A stretch of DNA of 41,313 nt from Candidatus Aminicenantes bacterium RBG_16_66_30 (GTDB lineage Bacteria; Acidobacteriota; Aminicenantia; Aminicenantales; Saccharicenantaceae). The DNA is taken from NCBI GenBank assembly GCA_001775715.1, contig MEYC01000061.1, positions 960 to 42,272 on the forward strand, given 5' to 3'. The notes beneath the pieces were generated by a model. That model was not told where the DNA came from, searched no databases, and was given only the letters and a program-made list of their open reading frames with translations. Made by a program: the position numbers and the translations under genes. Positions 19,882 through 30,749 of the stretch are shown in pieces (the stretch's first letter is position 1; every line of letters begins with the position of its first letter).

Positions 19882-19910
19882 TTTAATCGTCAAGGCCGGG
19901 AACATGTCAA
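19882..19910 (-). promoter_or_regulatory. Putative promoter of the hydantoinase operon
   Basis: TTGACA with TTAAAT about 18 bp downstream, 12 nt before ATG 19868. Boundaries approximate. Confidence 0.5.
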
Positions 19911-19976
19911 TAGACATCGGCCGTGCGGCTGATCCGTTAACGGAGCCGAAGGGGCCGTCATCCGGAGGCCCCACGC

Positions 19977-20195
19977 TCAATGGCAGGTGCTGCAGGACTT
20001 GGTCGAGCAGCTCGTACAGCTCGAGGAGGAGGCCTTGATCCGGCTCGAGCCGCCCCCGATACCGAAGCACGAGATCATCTTTTGGACCTCGGCCGATCCG
20101 CATTCGTCGCAGACGACGTCCTTATCCTTGCCGGGGGAAACGAGGCGCTCGAACCTCTTCCCGCACTTCCTGCATGTGTATTCGTATAAGGGCAT
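19977..20195 (-). CDS. FmdB-family zinc-ribbon protein with Cys-rich tail
   Basis: MPLYEYTCRKCG..FE...CDECGS..VQKMIS is the FmdB pattern; tail CTSC...CSTC. Confidence 0.9.
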   Translation of the reverse strand: MPLYEYTCRKCGKRFERLVSPGKDKDVVCDECGSAEVQKMISCFGIGGGSSRIKASSSSCTSCSTKSCSTCH

Positions 20196-20318
20196 ATCGT
20201 CCCTATTTTACCGGAACAGCCCGTCCCGGTCCACAGGGCGTGCCGAGAGAAGTGTTATGAGCACGGAGGCTATCCCCGAATCCCCTCCGGGGCCGGGCAA
20301 GATGAAGGGGGGCAGTCC

Positions 20319-20699
20319 CTACTTGACGAGCGCGATGGCCTCGATCTCCACCTTGACGTCCCGCGGCAGCCGGGCCACCTGGACCGCGGCCCGGGCCGGG
20401 CTGGGGGCTTTGAAGAACTCGGCGTAGACCGCGTTCATCTTGGCGAAATCGTTCATGTCCTGGAGGAAGACCGTGCACTTGACGACGTCGTCGAAGGACG
20501 TTCCGGCGGCCTCGAGGACGGCCCCGAGGTTCTTGAGGACCTGGCGGGTCTGGTCCTCGATCGAGCCGGTGTTGAGCTCGCCGGTGGCCGGGTCGATGGG
20601 GATCTGGCCGGAGCAGAAGACGAAGCCGTTGGCGATGATGCCTTGAGAATAGGGGCCGATGGCCTTCGGCGCCTTGTCGGTATGGACCTGTTTTTTCAT
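20319..20699 (-). CDS. ridA: RidA/YjgF enamine-imine deaminase, 126 aa (possible longer form from TTG 20783)
   Basis: [43 protein letters not shown]...KVEIE; AAGGAG SD. Confidence 0.93.
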   Translation of the reverse strand: MKKQVHTDKAPKAIGPYSQGIIANGFVFCSGQIPIDPATGELNTGSIEDQTRQVLKNLGAVLEAAGTSFDDVVKCTVFLQDMNDFAKMNAVYAEFFKAPSPARAAVQVARLPRDVKVEIEAIALVK

Positions 20700-20805
20700 G
20701 GACTTGCTCCTTGCGTTGCCGGCGAACGCCCGGGACACGAGGGAGCCCAGGGCGGCGACGACGAAAAACGTCCGTCTGTTCAATCTCTGCGCTCTCGCCC
20801 CCGGA

Positions 20806-22260
20806 TCAGCTGGACAGCCCGTCCAGGGCCGTGGTCAGGAACGTCCAGAACTTCTCGACGGACCCGATGTGGACGTGCTCCTCGGGCGAATGGGGGTTCT
20901 TCATGGTCGGGCCGAACGAGATCATGTCCATGCCCGGGAACTTCTCGCCGATGATGCCGCACTCGAGCCCGGCGTGCACGGCGACGACCTCGGCGTCCTT
21001 CCCGAAGGTCTTGGCGTAGATCCCCTTGAGCTTCTTGAGGAGAGGGGAGTCGAGGTTGGGCATCCATCCGGGATAGCCGTCCTTGAGCTCGGCGCGCGCC
21101 CCGGCCAGCGCGCAGACGGCCTTGATGATCTCGCGGGCGGCTTCGAGGGCCGAAGCGACCGAGCTGCGCGTGCTGCAGAGGACGCTGAACTCCTTCTTCC
21201 CGGTCTTGACGATGGCCAGGTTGGTCGAAGTTTCCGTTAGCCCGGCGATCTCAGGATGCATGGCGATGACGCCGTGAGGGAGGGCGATGAGAAAATCGAC
21301 GAGGGTCCGCTGGCACTCCTGGGTTATGGCGAAATCCTTCCCCGGGGCCGGCTCGAGGGCATAGGCGGCCCCGGGCTCGACGGCCTTGAACTCGACCTGG
21401 ATCTTGTCGAAAGCCTTCTTGAAGGCCGTGGTCATGGTCCGCACTTGGACGGGCGGGCAGGCCAGCAGGGCGACGGCCTCACGGGGGATGGCGTTGTGCT
21501 TGCTGCCGCCCTCGATGCCGATGACCTCGAACTTGGCCGCCCCGAGGGCCTGGCCGAGCATGCGGGCCAGGAGCTTGATGGCGTTCCCCCGGCCCTGGTT
21601 GATGTCGAGCCCGGAGTGCCCGCCGCGGAAACCGTGGACGTGGAGCTTATAGAGGTTTTTCGAGGCCGTCTTTTTCCGCTCCAGGGGAAGGGCGAGCGTC
21701 GAATCCGCGCCGCCGGCGCAGCCGATGGTGAACGTCCCCTCGTCCTCGCTGTCGAGGTTGAGGAGCATCTTGCCGGCGAGGAAGCCCTTCTGGATCTTGT
21801 TGGCCCCGGTGAGCCCCGTCTCCTCGTCGACGGTGAAGAGGAATTCCAGGGGGCCGTGGACGAGCGACTTATCCTCCATGACGGCCAGGGCGGCGGCCAG
21901 GCCGATGCCGTTGTCCGCGCCGAGTGTCGTCCCTTGGGCGTAGAGCCAATCGCCCTTGATCTCCGTCTGGATGGGGTCCTTGGAGAAATCATGGACCTTG
22001 TCCGAGTTCTTCTCGCAGACCATGTCGAGATGGCCCTGGAGGATGGCGCCGACGGCGCCTGCGCGCCCGGCCGCGGCCGGCTTGCTGACGACGACGTTGC
22101 CGACCTTGTCGCGCTTCCCGGGCAAGCCGAGGGACGCGGCCACGCCGAGGACATAGTCGCCCAAGGCCTTTTCATGGCCCGAGCAGTGGGGGATGGTCAG
22201 GATCTTGGCGAAATGCTTCCAGAGAAGCCGGGGGTTGAGTTCTGTGAGAGAGGCTGCCAT
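20806..22260 (-). CDS. pepD: Aminoacyl-histidine dipeptidase (M20C), 484 aa
   Basis: [49 protein letters not shown]. Confidence 0.95.
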   Translation of the reverse strand: MAASLTELNPRLLWKHFAKILTIPHCSGHEKALGDYVLGVAASLGLPGKRDKVGNVVVSKPAAAGRAGAVGAILQGHLDMVCEKNSDKVHDFSKDPIQTEIKGDWLYAQGTTLGADNGIGLAAALAVMEDKSLVHGPLEFLFTVDEETGLTGANKIQKGFLAGKMLLNLDSEDEGTFTIGCAGGADSTLALPLERKKTASKNLYKLHVHGFRGGHSGLDINQGRGNAIKLLARMLGQALGAAKFEVIGIEGGSKHNAIPREAVALLACPPVQVRTMTTAFKKAFDKIQVEFKAVEPGAAYALEPAPGKDFAITQECQRTLVDFLIALPHGVIAMHPEIAGLTETSTNLAIVKTGKKEFSVLCSTRSSVASALEAAREIIKAVCALAGARAELKDGYPGWMPNLDSPLLKKLKGIYAKTFGKDAEVVAVHAGLECGIIGEKFPGMDMISFGPTMKNPHSPEEHVHIGSVEKFWTFLTTALDGLSS

Positions 22261-22355
22261 GCGATTCTCCTTGAATGGGTTGGGATGCCGAGAGGGGCAT
22301 GATGCCACAAAAAAGCGATGGATTCAAGCCGACGCGGAGGGTATAATCCGAGAAG

Positions 22356-23270
22356 ATGAGATCCGTCGTCCGTGTGCTCGCCGCCGTCCTGTTCGTCTCC
22401 TCGGCCGTGGCCTCTCCAGCCCAGGAAAGGCTCCGGATCCTCGCGACGGTTCTCCCTCTTCAGGAGTTCGCCGCGGCGATCGCGGGAGACAGGGCCGACG
22501 TCGGCCTCCTCCTGCCGGCCGGAGCCGGCGTCCACAATTGGCAGCCGAGGCCGGGGGACATCGCCCGGCTGGCCGAGTGCGATCTCCTCCTGTTCATCGG
22601 CTCGGGCCTGGAGCCGTGGCTCCCGGGCCTCATCAAGGCCATGCCGGGGCGCCGCCTCAACACGCTCGAGGCCGCGTCGAGCCTGTCGCTCCACGAGCAC
22701 GGCGAGGAGCCCGGCGGCGAGGAAGAGCACGATCACGGCGCCCTCGATCCCCATGTTTGGCTCGATTTCGAGCTCGACCTGCGGATCGTCGACCGGATCG
22801 CCCAGGAGCTCAGCCGCCTGGATCCGGCCGGGACATCCGCGTTTTCCGCCAACGCCGGGAAGCTCTCGGCCCGGCTCACGGCCCTCGACGCACGCTTCCG
22901 GGACGGCCTGGCCGGCTGCCGCGGCAAGGACCTTGTTCTCGCCGGGCACGATGCCTTCGGCTATCTCGCCCGGAGATACGGGCTCGTCCAGCGCGCCCTT
23001 TACGGGCTCAGTCCGGACTCCCAGCCCCGGCCGAAGGATATCATGACGGCCGTCGATTTCTGCAGGGAGAAGGGGATCCGGACGATCTTCTTCGAGAATT
23101 CCGTGCCCTCCGACCTTTCGAGGACGCTGGCCCGGGAGATCGGGGGCCGCGTCCTCGTGCTCCACGCCGGCCACAACCTGACCCGCGGCCAGCAGGACCG
23201 GGGCGTCGGCTTCTTCGAGCTCATGGAAGAGAACCTGGCCAGCCTCCGGGACGGCCTGGGGTGCCGCTGA
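22356..23270 (+). CDS. znuA: Zn/Mn ABC transporter substrate-binding protein
   Basis: Signal peptide, GVHNWQP, His/Glu loop HEHGEEPGGEEEHDHG, DPHVWLD, HDAFGYL, IFFE. Confidence 0.88.
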   Translation: MRSVVRVLAAVLFVSSAVASPAQERLRILATVLPLQEFAAAIAGDRADVGLLLPAGAGVHNWQPRPGDIARLAECDLLLFIGSGLEPWLPGLIKAMPGRRLNTLEAASSLSLHEHGEEPGGEEEHDHGALDPHVWLDFELDLRIVDRIAQELSRLDPAGTSAFSANAGKLSARLTALDARFRDGLAGCRGKDLVLAGHDAFGYLARRYGLVQRALYGLSPDSQPRPKDIMTAVDFCREKGIRTIFFENSVPSDLSRTLAREIGGRVLVLHAGHNLTRGQQDRGVGFFELMEENLASLRDGLGCR

Positions 23271-23274
23271 GCCC

Positions 23275-24018
23275 ATGGACATCGTCGTTCTCCGCGGCGT
23301 CTCTTTCGCGTATGACGGGACGCCCGTCCTCGTCGGCATCGATCTCACGATCAAGGAGGGCGATTTCCTGGCCGTCATCGGGCCCAACGGCTCGGGCAAG
23401 ACGACCCTGGTCAAGGTCATCCTCGGACTCCTCCAGCCGGCCGAGGGAAAGGTCGAGCTCTTCGGAAAGCCCCCCGGGAGCCTTTCCGATCGGGGGAGGA
23501 TCGGATACGTCCCTCAGAAGGCGACGCACATCGATCCCTATTTCCCGGCCTCGGTCGAGGAAGTCGTCGGCATGGCCCTCCTCTCGGAGAGCCGGCCCCG
23601 GGCCGCGGCGGGGCGGGAACGGCGCGGCCGGGTCCTCCGGGCCCTCGAGGTCGTCGGCATGGGCGAATTCGGGCGATGGCCCGTCGGCCGCCTCTCGGGA
23701 GGGCAGCAGCAGCGCGTCTTCATCGCCCGGGCCCTGGTCACGTCGCCGAAGATCCTCTTTCTCGACGAGCCGACGACCGGCGTCGACGCCGAGACCCAGA
23801 CGTCGTTCTACGACATGCTCGACCGCCTCAACCGGCAGGAGGGTCTGACCATCGTCCTCATCACCCACGATATCGGCATCGTCAACAAACACGTCACGAG
23901 CGTCGCCTGCCTCAACCAGCGGCTCGCTTACCACGGCACCCACGCGGAGTTCTGCCGCTCGGACGTCTTTCGGGACATGGTCAGCCGCGGCGATCATCTC
24001 ATCGCCCACGAGCATTGA
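23275..24018 (+). CDS. znuC: Metal ABC transporter ATP-binding protein
   Basis: GPNGSGKT, IGYVPQ, LSGGQQQR, LDEPTTGVD, ITHD, ACLN. Confidence 0.9.
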   Translation: MDIVVLRGVSFAYDGTPVLVGIDLTIKEGDFLAVIGPNGSGKTTLVKVILGLLQPAEGKVELFGKPPGSLSDRGRIGYVPQKATHIDPYFPASVEEVVGMALLSESRPRAAAGRERRGRVLRALEVVGMGEFGRWPVGRLSGGQQQRVFIARALVTSPKILFLDEPTTGVDAETQTSFYDMLDRLNRQEGLTIVLITHDIGIVNKHVTSVACLNQRLAYHGTHAEFCRSDVFRDMVSRGDHLIAHEH

Positions 24019-24025
24019 CAAGCCG

Positions 24026-24847
24026 ATGCACGCCCTTTTCGCCTACGGATTCCTCCAGCGGGCCTTCCTGGCCGGCGTCCTGATCGCCGTCGCCTGCGCC
24101 GTCCTGGGCCTGTTCCTCATCCTGCGCAAGGACGCGATGATCGGCCACGGCCTGGCCCACATCGCCTTCGCCGGCGTGGCCCTCGGCCTCTTCCTGAACG
24201 TCCTGCCCCTCGTCGCCGCCCTGGCCGTGGCCGTCGCCGCGGCCATCGCGGTCATGAGGCTCAAGGACCGGGCCGGCCTCCACGGGGACACGGCGATCGG
24301 CATCTTCAGCAGCCTGGGCCTGGCCGTCGGGGTCCTGCTCGCGTCGCTCGCCCGGAGCTTCAACGTCGAGCTCATGGCCTATCTCTTCGGGGACATCCTG
24401 GCCATCGAGCCGATCGAGGTCGTCCTGACGCTCGTCCTGGCCGCGGCCGTGCTCATCGTCGTCAGGTTGAACTACGCCAAGCTCCTCTACATGACCTTCG
24501 ACCGGGAGTCGGCGCGCGCGGCCGGCGTGCGGGTCGGCCGGCTGGACACGCTCCTCATGGTCCTCACGGCCGTCACCATCGTCCTGGGCATGAAGATCGC
24601 CGGGATCCTGCTCGTGGCGGCGCTCATCGTCATCCCGGCGGCCGCCGGGCTTCAGGTCGCCGGGAGCTTCCGTTCGGCCGTGCGGGCTTCTATCGCCGTG
24701 GCCGTGGCATCGGTCGCGGGCGGGCTCGGCCTCTCTCTCGCCCTCAACATCCCGGCCTCGGCTGCGATCGTCGTCCTCTGTTTCCTGGCCTTCGCGGCCT
24801 TCTCCCTAGGGAAAAGAGGCCGGGCGATCCGCCCCGGCCCGGGATAG
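24026..24847 (+). CDS. znuB: Metal ABC transporter permease
   Basis: FLQRA, LAHIAFAG, DTAIG, YLFGDIL, TFD.E.A...G, GILLV.AL..IP. Confidence 0.9.
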   Translation: MHALFAYGFLQRAFLAGVLIAVACAVLGLFLILRKDAMIGHGLAHIAFAGVALGLFLNVLPLVAALAVAVAAAIAVMRLKDRAGLHGDTAIGIFSSLGLAVGVLLASLARSFNVELMAYLFGDILAIEPIEVVLTLVLAAAVLIVVRLNYAKLLYMTFDRESARAAGVRVGRLDTLLMVLTAVTIVLGMKIAGILLVAALIVIPAAAGLQVAGSFRSAVRASIAVAVASVAGGLGLSLALNIPASAAIVVLCFLAFAAFSLGKRGRAIRPGPG

Positions 24848-24849
24848 GG

Positions 24850-26532
24850 TCAGGCCTTCGGCCCGCCCAAGGCCCGGGTGACGATGTCCTTGACGGCCTT
24901 CGCTTCTTTGTCGAGGGACTTCTTGAGCTTGGCCGCCTCCCGCCTCACCCGGGCGGTGAACGCCGCGTCCTTGATCCCGGAGAGATTGATGAGGACGTTG
25001 TAGTAAGCCCCTTCGCCCGCCGCCTGTCCGGCCAGCCCGCCGACCCCGGCGTCGCTGACGGAGTTCCGGTTCCCCTTGGCCGCCGCGACCTTGGCCAAGG
25101 CGACCGCCTCGACGGACTTCTCGAGGACCTCGAGCGGAACGAGGGTGGCCTCCTTGTTCGCCTCTTCGACGGCCCGCTCCTTCTCCTCGGCCTGCTCGGG
25201 GGTCGTCTTGGGCAGCCGGAAGGCCTCCATAACCTTGTTGAATGCCGTCGTGTCCCGGTCCACGGCCCCCAGGAGAGCGTCCTTGAGCTCTTGGGCCCGA
25301 ACGGCCGTCGCGATCATTTCCGGCCGCGCGGCTTCGTATTCCTTCTTTCCGGCCGTCAGGTTGGCCACCATGGCCGACAGGGCCGCGGAGAGGGCTCCGC
25401 AGAGGGCGGCGACGCTCCCGCCGCCCGGGGCCGGTGAATCCGTGGACAGCTCATCGACGAATCCGCGCAGGGTCATGGCGACGAGGGCGGCGCCTTCCTC
25501 GCGGAACTGGTATTCGATGATCTTCTTATCGGGATCGAACGGGACGACGTCGCTCAGTCCTAGGGACCGGACCGCGACGCGGATGAGCTCGCCTTCGGGG
25601 ACGCCGGGGCTCTTCCCCTGCTTCGCGATATAGTATCGGCCGGCCATGAGCAGGGCTTCCTTGGGGATGAGGCCGACAAGCTCGCTGCCCGTCACCCGCA
25701 GGCCGAGCTTGCCGGCCAGGCGGCGGGCCTCGTCGAAGACGACATGCACGGGCGTGACCCTGAAATTCGTGAAATTGACCGAGATCTGGGCCAGGCCGTA
25801 GTCTTCGACGTACCAGCCGACCGACTTGACCTCCTTGAACCGTCCGGGCAGCTTGACCGCGCCGCCGCGCTTGTCCCTGACGATGTTGCCGTCCCTGTCG
25901 CGCTTGGCCCGGCCGCTCTCCCGCAGGCTCAGGGCGATCTCATGCGCGAGCTTGCGGTCGCGGGTATTGAGGTTGATGTTGTAGGCGATGAGGAACTCGC
26001 GGGCGCCGATGACCGTCGCCCCGGACCTGGGGTTGAAGACGGCCTCTCCGAAATCGGGGGCCCAGCGGCGGTCCTTGAGCTTCTCGGACAGGCCCTCGTA
26101 CTCGCCGGCCCGGACGACGGCCAGATTGCGGCGCTCCGGCTTGCGGGCCGCGGCCTCGTAGAGGTAAACGGGAATGCCGAGCTCGGCCGCGACCCGGGCG
26201 CCGAGCTCGCCGGCCAGCCGCACGCAGTCCTCCATGGTCACGCCGGAGACGGGCACGAACGGGCAGACATCGGTGGCCCCGATGCGGCTATGGGCGCCCT
26301 TGTGGCCGCGCATGTCGATGACCTCGGCGGCCTTGGCGATGGCCCGGAACGCGGCCTCCTTGACGGCTTCGGGCGTTCCGATGAAGGTCACCACAGTCCG
26401 GTTCGTCGAGGCCCCCGGATCGACGTCGAGCAGCTTGACCCCCGGGACAGCCTCGATCTCGCGGGTGATGGCCCCGATCTTCTCCCGGTCCCGGCCTTCG
26501 CTGAAATTGGGGACGCATTCGACGAGCTTCAT
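24850..26532 (-). CDS. ftcD: Glutamate formimidoyltransferase-cyclodeaminase (fused), 560 aa
   Basis: MKLVECVPNFSEGR, NRTVVT, H.RIGATDVCPFVP, GSELVGL; cyclodeaminase half SPAPGGGSVAA, NSVSDAG, NVLINL. The start overlaps the upstream stop. Confidence 0.95.
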   Translation of the reverse strand: MKLVECVPNFSEGRDREKIGAITREIEAVPGVKLLDVDPGASTNRTVVTFIGTPEAVKEAAFRAIAKAAEVIDMRGHKGAHSRIGATDVCPFVPVSGVTMEDCVRLAGELGARVAAELGIPVYLYEAAARKPERRNLAVVRAGEYEGLSEKLKDRRWAPDFGEAVFNPRSGATVIGAREFLIAYNINLNTRDRKLAHEIALSLRESGRAKRDRDGNIVRDKRGGAVKLPGRFKEVKSVGWYVEDYGLAQISVNFTNFRVTPVHVVFDEARRLAGKLGLRVTGSELVGLIPKEALLMAGRYYIAKQGKSPGVPEGELIRVAVRSLGLSDVVPFDPDKKIIEYQFREEGAALVAMTLRGFVDELSTDSPAPGGGSVAALCGALSAALSAMVANLTAGKKEYEAARPEMIATAVRAQELKDALLGAVDRDTTAFNKVMEAFRLPKTTPEQAEEKERAVEEANKEATLVPLEVLEKSVEAVALAKVAAAKGNRNSVSDAGVGGLAGQAAGEGAYYNVLINLSGIKDAAFTARVRREAAKLKKSLDKEAKAVKDIVTRALGGPKA

Positions 26533-28016
26533 GGCGACTCTCCTTTGCGCAGCGTGCGCGCGAGCTTTCCGGTGGTGTCGTAGACCTCGACCGTTTCGAA
26601 CTCGGCGGACAAGGGTCCGAGCCACTCGGGCCGGCCGACGATGACGATGAGGGGCCTGGCCGCGAGGTGCCGCCGCGCGGCCTCCCGGACCTGCTCGGCG
26701 TTGACCTGCTTGTAGCGCTCCCGGCCCTTGTCCCAGTGGGATTCGTCGAGGCCGAGGGCGACGTACCGGGCCATCCAATCCGAGAAGCCTTGAGGGGATT
26801 CGACGTGCATCGGCAGGTTGCCGATGAGGTATGACTTGGCCTCCTCGATCTCGGAAGGGGCGGCCGGCCCGGCGGCGAGCGCATTGATCTCGCGGACGAT
26901 CTCCCGCGCGGCCGGAACGATGGCCTCGGGCCGGACGAGGGCCCTGGCCCAATAAACGCCGCAGGACCGGAAGAACTCCGTCTCGCTGAAGGCGTAATAC
27001 GCGTAGCCTTTGGACTCGCGCAGGTTCATGAATAGGCGGCTCCGGGTCGTCCCGCCGAGGATCTGCTTGAGGACGAGGAAGGGGAAAAAGTCCGGATCCG
27101 AAGCGTCCATGATGACGTTGCCGGCGAAGACCGACGCGTTGGCGACGTCCGGGGCTTCGACGTAGCAGACCCGGTCCCGGACTTGGGGAGCGGGCGGGGG
27201 GACGGTGGGGAGGGCGAGGGGCGGGGCCGCCCACGCGCCGAAATGGCTGGCGACCTTCTTCGACGTGGTCTCGACGTCGATGTCCCCGGAGACCAGCACG
27301 GCGGCATTCGCCGGCCTGTAGAAGACGCCGTAGAAGGCGGCGACGTCCTTGGCCGTGATGAACTTGATGACATCCTCGGCGTAGGTGGCTGTCCGATAGG
27401 GGTGGCCCTCGAAAAGGACGCGAAGGAGATGTTTCCAGGCGAGGACCTCCGGGTCCTTCTTCTGTGCCTGGAGCTCCTGGAACACCTCCCTCCGCACGGC
27501 GCCGAGCTCGCGCTCCGAGAACGCCGATTCGAGGACGAGGACCCTCAGGACATAAATGGCCCGGTCCATCTGTTCGGGAAGCACGCGCAGGGACAGGACC
27601 GTGTAATCCATGAGGATGGTCGCGGCGAATTCCGTGCCCATGGCCTCGACCATGTTCTCGAGATACTCGGCCGATAATCTCCTCGTGCCCTTGCCGATCA
27701 TTCGGGCCGTCACGGCGGCCAGACCGGGGAGCCCGGGCGGTGAGTCGGCTTCGCCGGCCCGAACGACGAACTGCAAAGTGATCTCGGGAGAACCGGTCCG
27801 GGCGGCGCAGGCCACGGTGAGCCCGTTGGAGAGGACTGTCCTCTCGACCGCCGGCAGCTTGAGCTCGACGGGCTGGGCGTCGGGCAGGGGAGGGGTTCTC
27901 CGGAATCTCTCCTGGCCCGGCGCGGGGACCGCGGTCAGCAGGCCCGCGAGGGCCGCGACGGCGAGAGGACCGGCGCCCCGGACCGCCGACGGACGCGTGC
28001 GGCACGGACCGCTCAT
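26529..28016 (-). CDS. M16B peptidase non-catalytic subunit (secreted)
   Basis: LSNGL, GLAAVTARMIGKGT with no HxxEH, HPY, FY..FYRP.NA...VSGD, ILGG...SRLF.NLRE.KGYAY (R/Y pair kept). Confidence 0.88.
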   Translation of the reverse strand: MSGPCRTRPSAVRGAGPLAVAALAGLLTAVPAPGQERFRRTPPLPDAQPVELKLPAVERTVLSNGLTVACAARTGSPEITLQFVVRAGEADSPPGLPGLAAVTARMIGKGTRRLSAEYLENMVEAMGTEFAATILMDYTVLSLRVLPEQMDRAIYVLRVLVLESAFSERELGAVRREVFQELQAQKKDPEVLAWKHLLRVLFEGHPYRTATYAEDVIKFITAKDVAAFYGVFYRPANAAVLVSGDIDVETTSKKVASHFGAWAAPPLALPTVPPPAPQVRDRVCYVEAPDVANASVFAGNVIMDASDPDFFPFLVLKQILGGTTRSRLFMNLRESKGYAYYAFSETEFFRSCGVYWARALVRPEAIVPAAREIVREINALAAGPAAPSEIEEAKSYLIGNLPMHVESPQGFSDWMARYVALGLDESHWDKGRERYKQVNAEQVREAARRHLAARPLIVIVGRPEWLGPLSAEFETVEVYDTTGKLARTLRKGESP

Positions 28017-29350
28017 CGGGGACCCAGCTCCAGGAGGACCATGTTCTGGGGCGTGAAATACTTGCTGACGAAGGCGAGGAGGGCCGGCGGCTCGACCCGG
28101 ATGGCCCTCTCCAGATCCTCGCCCAGGGAGGCCAGGGCCGTCCCGGCGAAGGCGGCGTCGATGATGAACAGGGCCTTGCCGCGGAGCGTCGAGACCCGGT
28201 CGAAATAGCTCAGCCGATAACGCCGCCGGGCCCGCCCGATCTCGTCCTGGGACACGGTGTTGAAGCGGAGCTTGTCGATCTCCGCGAGGATGGCCCGCTC
28301 GGCCCGGTCGACGAGGAGCGCGTTCGTATTGAGGCTGAAGATCTTCAGGGCGGCGACCGAGGGCCTTTCGTCAAGGACGGCGCTGACGTCGTGGGAGGTT
28401 CTGTCGCGCCGTAGGAGCCGGTTCCTCAGACGCGCGGCGTCCCCTTCGAACAGCAGGCAGACGAGGATCCTGAGAACGTCGATCTCGCCGGGCTGGAGCG
28501 GGAAGAATCGGAAGCCCATATGGAAACCCGCGTTGGGCACGGAGATCGGAGCGAACCTGACGACGGCCTCGCTCGACCTCTTGAATTCGGGACGGGGAAG
28601 ATCGGGGACCGCGGCCCCCGGCGGAATGGAATCGAAGTATCGGGCCACGAGCTCCTTCGTCCGGACGGGATCGATGTCGCCGACGATGGCGAGGACGGCG
28701 TTGTTGGGCACGTAGTGGGCCCGGTGGAAGGCCAAGACCTCGGCTTCCGAGAGGCCCATCAGCTCCTCGCCCGATCCGATCAACGGGTGGCCGTAGGGGA
28801 AATCGGGGAAGACGAGCCGGTCGAACTCGACGAAGCTCGTGAGATACGGATCGGAGGCCACCCGCTCGCGGTGCCCCTCGACGATCTCGCTCCGCGTCCT
28901 TTCGATGGCCGCGGCGGTGATGGACAGCGATTTCATCCTGTCGGATTCGAGCCACAGCGCCAGGGCGAGGTAGTTCGAGGGCAGGGTCTCGTAGAACAAG
29001 GCCTTGTCGACCGTCGTCGTCGCGTTGAGCTCGCCGCCGACCTTCTGGACAAAGCCGACGTGCTGGAAGGGTCCGACGTTCTCCGATCCTTGGAACATCA
29101 GGTTCTCGAGGAGATACGCCAGGCCCTCCTGGCCCGGCTTCTCGCGGATGGTCCCGGCTCCGTAGCCGACGGCGACCGTGACCAGGGGGAGGCGCGCGTC
29201 CACGGCGAGGTAAACCCGCAGGCCGTTCCTCAGCCGAAAATCTTCGACGGGGAATCCGAGCGCGTTCCGGACCGGGCCCTGTCCGTCCGCGGCCGGGGCG
29301 CTCCCGGCGGCGAGGATGACGAGAAGAAGGACGCCCGCCGCTCTTTTCAT
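28013..29350 (-). CDS. M16B peptidase catalytic-type subunit with degenerate zinc motif (secreted)
   Basis: Signal peptide, LRNGL, GLAYLLENLMFQGS in place of HxxEH, GGELNATT, LESDRM, PYGHP.IG, HYVPNNA.L.IVGD. Confidence 0.88.
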   Translation of the reverse strand: MKRAAGVLLLVILAAGSAPAADGQGPVRNALGFPVEDFRLRNGLRVYLAVDARLPLVTVAVGYGAGTIREKPGQEGLAYLLENLMFQGSENVGPFQHVGFVQKVGGELNATTTVDKALFYETLPSNYLALALWLESDRMKSLSITAAAIERTRSEIVEGHRERVASDPYLTSFVEFDRLVFPDFPYGHPLIGSGEELMGLSEAEVLAFHRAHYVPNNAVLAIVGDIDPVRTKELVARYFDSIPPGAAVPDLPRPEFKRSSEAVVRFAPISVPNAGFHMGFRFFPLQPGEIDVLRILVCLLFEGDAARLRNRLLRRDRTSHDVSAVLDERPSVAALKIFSLNTNALLVDRAERAILAEIDKLRFNTVSQDEIGRARRRYRLSYFDRVSTLRGKALFIIDAAFAGTALASLGEDLERAIRVEPPALLAFVSKYFTPQNMVLLELGPR

Positions 29351-29392
29351 GATTGCCGTCCGGCTCCGGAGCCGAACGGACCCTTACAATAG

Positions 29393-30736
<1,344 letters not shown>

Positions 30737-30749
30737 GCGAGGGCCCGTC

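Noticed and set aside
19948-19979. TGA plus GGGGCC/GGCCCC hairpin after the Cys-rich FmdB gene as possible selenocysteine recoding
   Set aside because: The TGA follows a complete CxxC-H, not a Cys-equivalent position, and read-through gives no protein-like sequence. The hairpin is more simply a 3' end structure.
22261-22355. Zur/Fur box upstream of znuACB
   Set aside because: No convincing AT-rich palindrome visible.
26533-28005. Apparent 1051-aa FTCD fusion (24850..28005)
   Set aside because: The upstream half is an Arg/Pro/Gly-rich off-frame reading of the M16 gene. FTCD begins at MKLVECVPNFSEG (26532) with its own SD-like sequence.
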